Source: the human T2T-CHM13v2.0 reference genome, Homo sapiens
DNA length: 64,000 nt
Direction: 5' to 3' (one strand)
Assembly: GCF_009914755.1 (NCBI RefSeq)
Contig: NC_060927.1
How positions within the stretch are numbered: the first letter of the stretch is position 1; every line of letters starts with the position of its first letter. Below are positions 56,740 through 64,000 of this stretch, piece by piece. Under the pieces are notes generated by a model. It made no database searches and was not told the DNA's origin. It saw only the letters and a program-made list of their open reading frames with translations. A program made the position numbers and the translations under genes.

Positions 56740-58060
56740 ATGGTCCGCTGGGCGAAGGAGCCAGGAACACCCCAGAAACCCAACTCGCTGAGTTCTCGTC
56801 CTTCGAACCCCCAGCGCCTCCCGCGGTGCCCATGGCCACGGCCCCTTTAAATGTGCGCAGGGACGCCCCGGCCCTCGCCTCCCTGAATCTCTGACCGAGC
56901 AGGGGAAAAAAAAATCCTTCCTCTTCGGGAGCGGAGGAAATGTCTAGGAGGGGGTGGAGGCGCGGCTGCGGCGCAGGCAGAGGCGCAGGCGGAGGCACGG
57001 CGGCCAGAGCGCAGCGCGCCCGGAGCCGGGAGCGGACGCGACGCCCGGCGCTGCCCCAGCCGCCGCCCCCGCGCTCGCGCCCCCTCCTCCTCCCCCGCCC
57101 CGCGCCCCCGCCCGGCGGCCCCGCCCCGGAGGCTCGCGGCCCGCGCCCCCACTGCCCTGCGCGCCGCGCGGAGTCCGAGGCGCGCCGGGGCCGGGCGGGC
57201 GCCAGGGGGTGCGGGCCCCGCGGGGCGGCCGCGGAGGGAGGCGGTGTGCGGAGTCGCACTGGGACCCGCGGACGGACTGAAACGCCGACGGCGGCCCGGG
57301 CCCCGCGCGCTGAAGATGAACAGAGCAGGTAGGAGGCCCGGCGACCTCCGGCGCCGAGGCACGAGCGCGAGGGACCCCGGCCGGGCGCTCCAAGTTGGAG
57401 CTCCCGGGGAGCCCGGGGCTAGCTGCCCGAAATCCTCCGACCTTCCAGTGCCGCTCGGCCTCGGCCAAAGCATGCGCGGCTCCGGGGTCCTCTCGCCGAG
57501 GAGGCTGAGAACCGGGGGTCCCCGTCCGAAGCGCCCTGCCTCAGGGACCTTCTCAGCCTTGGCGAGGCCGCGCCCTGGCCGTGCGCGCCAGTATCCCACT
57601 CGCACGGCGTTCCCCGGAGTGAGGGTCCCTTCCACGACGAAGAAAGACGCCCCTTTCGCAAAAGCGACTTCGTCTGGCCCCAAAACCTTTGCCCTCCATT
57701 CCCCAGCGTCCCGGACCGGTCCTTGCTCATCTCTCAGGGGCAACACCTGACCCACGGGGCCCGTCCCGGAGCTCTCTTCGACTCCGGGACCAGTTCCCAG
57801 CCCTTCAGTACTCGGCATACCGGAAGGAGGATTCCTGCTCCCTTCTCTCCTCCTAGACCCCGAGGCTTGGAGCTTACTCTCCAGATGAGACTAAAAAGCC
57901 CTAAATTAATCCCCCTATAGCGCACCCCTCCCTCGCAGCGCCCTGGTCGGGGGCCTCCATTGTGCCTCCCCTAGGGGACCCAATGCCAAGGGGACGCTCC
58001 TCGCCGCCGCGCTGAGCCGCTCCAGGTTCCCCCACCCCCAGTCCATCGCGTTCCTGCTCT
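56740..58060. promoter_or_regulatory. FGD5: CpG island / promoter of FGD5 (upstream first exon)
   Basis: Very high GC and CpG density. GC boxes CCCCGCCC at 57093, 57106 and 57119. Contains an ATG plus splice donor. Position downstream of C3orf20 matches the 3p25.1 gene order as I recall it. Confidence 0.85.
57316..57328 (+). CDS. FGD5: FGD5 first coding exon segment (13 nt, M-N-R-A + G, phase 1); rest of gene lies beyond the window
   Basis: aagATGAACAGAGCAG|gtagga has A at -3 and a good donor. Matches my recollection that mouse Fgd5 begins MHRAD, which needs the same phase-1 G. Confidence 0.72.
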
Positions 58061-58463
58061 ATGAATTTGACTCCCCCAGCTCATCCCTGCAGTTCAGAGA
58101 TTCCGTGAAATCAAAATGTGTTTGAAATCGCAGGGATCCCTCCAGAGTAGTGCCATTTAACGGATTTAGAAAGCGAGACTCGGAGATGGGTGGTGCATGG
58201 AACCCAGTCCTCGGGATTCCCAACGCCATCTAAGGGGAGGGCAGAAAGTTCCCTTAAGATGAGAGTTTGCAAGGGAACAGTCCCAGCTAACTTCATCTGC
58301 CTGCCAAGGAGCAATCACCACTCTATTTTCTTTTTCTCACAGAATTTAGTAGAAGGCAGCCCGCTCCCCGACCAACACCCTTGTCCAAAGCCATACTCCA
58401 AAACACACATCCCTAAAGAAACAGGAAGCCACCATTTTGGCTGTCTTGGAACCATATCCTGCT

Positions 58464-58464
<1 letters not shown>

Positions 58465-58502
<38 letters not shown>

Positions 58503-58516
58503 GTGTGTGTGTGTGT
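58465..58516 (+). repeat. (GT)15 ATGTAT (GT)8 microsatellite
   Basis: Counted directly. Confidence 0.95.
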
Positions 58517-59129
58517 AGGATTTTTTCTTTTAAAAATCTTTTTAATGAAAAAAAGTCATTGTTTTAGCAGTGAGGTGCAGGCTGCGCGTTTAGACAGTCT
58601 GGGAGTGTGGCAGCCACCTTCCATGTCCAGGCCCTGTTATTGCTGGGCATACAGGCCCCTGGACAGTTAGTGAGTGTGGGTCACAGAACTGGGGAGCAGG
58701 ATCGGGGGTGCCACTTTGTGGGAATGGAAGAGGCTGAAACAGAGGCCCAGAGCCCAGCCAGCCACTGCTTGGAAAGGGGGTTGCCTCCTGCCTGTGCTGG
58801 CGTGGCTGAACAGAGCCAGGCTAGCTTTTTCCTACACTCCTAATAAAACTCGCTTTATAACAATGGTGAGAGCGTTTCCAGTTTTCCCACGTTTTCCTGC
58901 ATGAGGCTTGGGCAGACCCTCCCTTCTCTGAGAATCTGGGGGATGGAGTGAGTCGGAATAAACTTAGAGGCAGGTTTGGTCCCAGGAAATCTTAGCCGTT
59001 GTCGCTCTTGGGTTCAGCCTTCCTGTAATTTGTCTCCAGTGTAAACCTGGTTCCTTTTTCAATGTGATGGTAATGATACCAGCCTCACATTCAGGCCGTG
59101 CCCCATGGTCTGAATTTCCTGATCACATG

Positions 59130-59790
59130 GCATGGTGGTTCACAGACTCCATAGGACTGAATCTCAGAACCATCATATGCTTAGTTATGTGACCTTAAGC
59201 AGGTTATTCAACCTCTCTACACCTGTTTCTTTATCTGAAAAATGGGGTTGGTAAGATTAAATAGACTAAAACACGTAAGGTGCCTAGAAAGAACAGTGTC
59301 TGTAGCAGAGCAACCAGTAAATACCAGCTAATATTTATTGGGTACTTAATATGACTTGGTATTGCTTTTAGGTGTTTTACTTCTATCAGTTTATTTAGTT
59401 TTCACAGTCATCTTATGAGTTGAGTACCATTGCCATCCCCATTTTATAGATGGGAAAATTGAGGTGCGGAGATTTTATGGTCACTGGCTTATTGAAGGGC
59501 TGAGACAAGATTGAAACCCAGGCTGTCCAGCCTGAGAGCCTGCTTTTTTATCCAGTGCCTAACACGTAGTAGGGTGTAGGAAATGTCTGCCAGTCGACTT
59601 TATTAGGCATCATGTCTGTTATTTTCCGGAACTTCTCAACGGCCCTATGAAAAAAAAGGGGGTATTTCATCATTTTACCAAAAAGGAAACTGAGGCTCAG
59701 AGAGGCAAAATGATGTGCCCAAGATCACAGAGCTGACGTATAGCAGAGATGGGATGGGAGCCCAGCCTTCCTGAGCGTGAGCATGCTCTT
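59130..59790. mobile_element. MIR cluster (plus ~59130-59335; minus ~59330-59545 and ~59635-59790)
   Basis: tgtgaccttaagcaggttattcaacctctct; cccattttatagatgggaaaattgagg; ggaaactgaggctcagagagg. Confidence 0.75.
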
Positions 59791-60225
59791 CCCACACTGT
59801 CCTGTGCTGTCTTCCTGGTAGTGCCCTGTCGTGGATCACTGGACCAGCCTAACAGCAGCCTAATTAGAAATCATCAGGCTTGGCTTGGACATTCCAGCAG
59901 GCACCCAGGAATGAAAGTTAAATTAAGATGTAATTGGAAGGTGAAATTGGAAGATAATTACTCTTGTAACATATGGTTATGAGAGTTCCAGGGGGAGTAT
60001 AGTGAACTGCAGCTGAAACAGACTTTGTAACTGAAGATGGGATGTCAGAGGGTGTCTTAAGAAGAGCCAGGAGTTTAGAAGGCTGTGGTCGGCCAGAGCA
60101 AACCAGACTGACTGACTGGTCCCGTCCCCTCACTCTGCAGATGGGGAAGCCGAGGCCCGAAAAGGGGAAGGGACTTGCCCAAGATCACACCTCCAGTTAA
60201 GGCAGAGCCAGGTGTGAAGATCAGG

Positions 60226-60273
60226 GCTCCTGGCTCCCCATCCAGTGCTCCTGGCTCCCCATCCAGTGCTCCT
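60226..60273 (+). repeat. 21-bp perfect tandem duplication (GCTCCTGGCTCCCCATCCAGT) at the end of a MIR
   Basis: Seen directly. Confidence 0.9.
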
Positions 60274-60999
60274 CCCAATACCCCTGCTAATTGAACTTCT
60301 ACATAGCCAACAAGGGAGCAGCAAGCATGAACATGTGAGTGACAGATATTTAATTAAAATAGAGAGAGAAAATATAAACTGGTGCCAGGGGGCTGGCTGG
60401 GGATGATTTCTATCACTAGAAGCTGTTAAAAATCTCTTCCTCCTGTCAGTGCGATTCCCCCACCCCCTAGTTAACTCCTGCCATCTTGGCTCAAAGGGTG
60501 TTTGGAGTTTGAGTCATCCTCGGGCATAGCAAATTGCCAGGAGGCCCTGGGCATTAGTAACTTAGGGTGAGGAGGGTCCGACCCCCAGGCTCCGTGATAC
60601 AAGGAGAGAGAAGGTTCACACCATAGCCTTCTCCAGAGGAACTCAGGGGGCCCAGAAGGTCCACCAGCTACATCCATGCTGGGTTCTGGACAGGGAATCC
60701 AGAGAAGGAAACCACAGCTCTGATTTAGCCTATAGTTTCGCCCTACCATACCCTAAAGCTCAGCATACCCTAAAGTTCCCTGGAATGCTCTATCCAGGTG
60801 GAGCCTATTTTTTAATTGTGAAAATCCTCCTGTCCTTCAACTTGCACTCAGTGCTCTCTCTTTTCTGGGTCTTCTCTAGGCAGAATTGCCCTTAGACCTA
60901 GATAACATGATGCTGAGGTCAGGAGCTCCATCTGGCTCCCTTTTGTGATGCGGGTGAGTAGGAGGGGACAGAGCTGGATGCTCTCATACTCTTGATTTG

Positions 61000-62035
61000 T
61001 TTGCACCCTCCTCATCTCTGCTGGCTGGGGCCCCCAGAGCTCCCTCCTTGGCCCTGCCCTCTTCTCTGTCCACACTCATGCCTCTGGTGATCTCAACAGG
61101 CTCCTGCCTTAAATTCCATCTCTATGATGGTGACCTCCGGCCAGACCTCTCTTCAGAAGCCAGAGCCTGCTTGACATCTCCAGCTGCTTGACATCTCCAC
61201 CAGGGTGTGTAGTAGGTGACTGTGAATGGAGTTTGACCCGTGCAAACTGAAATTCTGGATTTCCCTCCCCAGCACCTGCAGTCTTTCCTGTTCCAGTTGG
61301 CAGAAACTTCAGCTTTCTAGTTGCGCAGACTCAAAACCTTGGTGTCGTTCTTGACTTTTCTCTTTCTTTTACACCCCACATTCATATGGTCAGCAGATCC
61401 CCTCAGCTCTCCCTTCCTGTTGAGAATCTGACCTCTTTTCACCTCAGCCTGGTCCAAGCCTCCATCATCTCTTGCTTGGATAATTGCAGGAGTCTCCTCA
61501 CTGGTCTCCCTGCTTTCTTCCTCACCATTTCAGTTTATTTCAACACATTAGCCAGAATGTGCATGTCCCTCTGCTCAAAACCCTGCAGTGGCTTCCCACA
61601 TCACTCTGAGTCAAAGCCCTGCATAATCTGCACCCTCCTATGATTCCTTTCGCCTCATCTGCTTCTCCTGCTCGATCACTCCGTCCCATCTGGCCTTGCC
61701 GGCCTCTTCGCTGTTTCTTGGATGCCAAGTGAGTCCTAGCTTTCCTCACCACTTTCGTGTCTTTGCTCACATGTCCTCTCAGTGAAGCCTATGCTAGTCA
61801 CTCTATCTAAAATCGCAAAAAAAAAAAAAATACTCCTAATCATTTTGCATAGACTTTATCATCATCTAGCATATGATATGTAATGTACTTACCCTTTCTC
61901 TTGCATATCTCCCACCACCTCTCAATACAAGGTCCCTGAGTCTGGGGGCTTTGTTATACTTATTGATGTATCCAAAGAATCTAGATTAGGGCCTGGCACA
62001 TAGTTGGTACTCAATAAATATGTATTTAATGGAAT
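61000..62035 (+). mobile_element. L2a 3' ~1 kb, with a 17-bp internal tandem duplication at 61167-61199
   Basis: aaaaccttggtgtcgttcttgact...ggtccaagcctccatcatctct...cctggcacatagttggtactcaataaatat. Confidence 0.85.
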
Positions 62036-62884
62036 TAGACTAAGAGAAATTGAATGGGAGCAAATTAAAGCTAGTTGTTCACTTTTTGGTCAGTTAGTAG
62101 TTCTGAGCCCTGGACGCAGCCTTACATACATTTTTTAACTGCCCAGCTGTTTCTGGTCACCGTGGCCTTAGTTTCCCTGCATTTTACCCTTCTCTGCTTC
62201 ACCAGATGCTGGGACCTCTGAGTCTCCATCATAGAGGAAACACTCTGTGGCAAAAAGGGGATGGCAGAGGGTCAGGTGACAACACTAGAAAGCCGGAAAC
62301 GCAGGTTCTACCAGGGCCCTGCTCTGGACTCGCTGGGTAGCCCCACACCAGCCACTCACCCTCTCTGTGCCTTAGTTTCCTCCTCCTTCAGTGAGGGTCA
62401 GATGAAGCCTTTCTTCTTTTGGCTTGCCTTGATCTCAGAAGGGATGTGGCTGAAGCACTCTGCGCCTGGGGCTGGGAGCACAGGACAGGCGCTGAGTGTT
62501 TGCCATTCCCAGAGGCTCCTGTGGGGAAGTCATTTTCTTGCAGGATCATGCCTCAGACACCCACCATAACCTTTCCCTAGGAGACAGTGCCTTCAGATCA
62601 ATAGCTTGATTGGATGAAGGATTGGGTGGGACGGGGGTGATATAGCCAAGGTGATGGTCATTTTTCATGGCCCACCTGTCCCTTTGTCCTGTCTCATGGC
62701 ACCCATGTGAAATGCCCACCTGTTAAGGATAAGAAATGAGAGTCCCACCCCCAAAGAATAATTTCGTGCCAATGCCTGCCACCCAATGTTGACAGTGTGA
62801 AGCTCATATTACGCAGTGTATCAGTGTAGAGCAAGACTTCAACCAAGGGAAGATCTGGGGTAGGCAAAGATGGACTTTATCTGA

Positions 62885-63090
62885 ACAACAGCTACTATTG
62901 AGTATTTCTATGTGAAGGCCTGCTATTGAGCCCTTTTGATATGTAGCCTTTAATTTTTAAAACAATCCATTGAGGGTAGGTGCTGTGTGGTACCCATTTT
63001 ACAGATGAGGAAACTGAGGCTGAGTTTCATAGCTGATAAGTAGCAAAGTCAGGATTTGACCCAGATCAGCCAGGCTCCAAAGGCTCCCTC
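62885..63090 (-). mobile_element. MIR
   Basis: cccattttacagatgaggaaactgaggct. Confidence 0.8.
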
Positions 63091-63427
63091 TGTTACCCTA
63101 CTCTAACAGGTAGCTGAAGCATATCTTTTTAAGCTCCCATGTTTTGTTTTTCACTAATATGGATAGACGCTTTTCTAAACTAGGACACACGTGACTGTGT
63201 ACGGAAACAAGGAGTTTGATAGTCACTATTTCTAGAAGATTCTGGGTCATTGTATGGATGTCAGTGGCTGGCCTGGGCATTGATGTGGATGAAATGGTGT
63301 GGATTAGGGGTCTGATGCAGTGGCTGTTTTAACCTTTAAACCCATTGGCACTGATACCAACTTTGGCTTCAGAAATACTGAAATTGAGGTGCCAGTGGTA
63401 CAGTCCCATGGAGATGTCTAAAACCAG

Positions 63428-64000
<573 letters not shown>

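Noticed and set aside
56681-57818. Several long overlapping ORFs (up to 323 aa), including an ATG ORF at 56940-57332
   Set aside because: Stop codons are scarce in CpG islands and the composition is Arg/Gly/Pro/Ala-biased. The 56940 ATG is out of frame with MNRA and matters only if the TSS lies upstream of it, which I cannot determine.

Overview
Primate, almost certainly human, genomic DNA, not microbial. The + strand carries the last five coding exons of a gene I recognise as C3orf20 (3786-4089, 6306-6413, 7887-8029, 18484-18618, 19208-19292). They splice in frame at GT-AG sites, and AATAAA follows at 19403. Next comes ~37 kb of repeat-rich intergenic DNA (Alu, MIR, L1, L2, L3, MaLR/ERV LTRs, hAT DNA transposons). 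A CpG island at ~56740-58060 contains a 13-nt coding first exon (ATG AAC AGA GCA G|gtagga) that I assign to FGD5. Gene names and repeat subfamilies are from memory, not a database search, and old-repeat boundaries are approximate. Nearly all ORFs in the supplied track are incidental. I cannot demonstrate a new biological system here. The best leads are: a probable thioredoxin-like C-terminal domain in C3orf20 with a CxxC assembled across a splice junction; a near-perfect 99-nt intronic hairpin; an old 19/38-bp minisatellite grown from a MIR tail; a 100%-identical 178-bp dispersed duplication containing a G4 motif; a second ~95% dispersed duplication; a possible stop-free 555-nt circRNA; and an ETS/FOX:ETS/GATA/KLF-dense enhancer candidate ~6 kb upstream of the FGD5 first exon.
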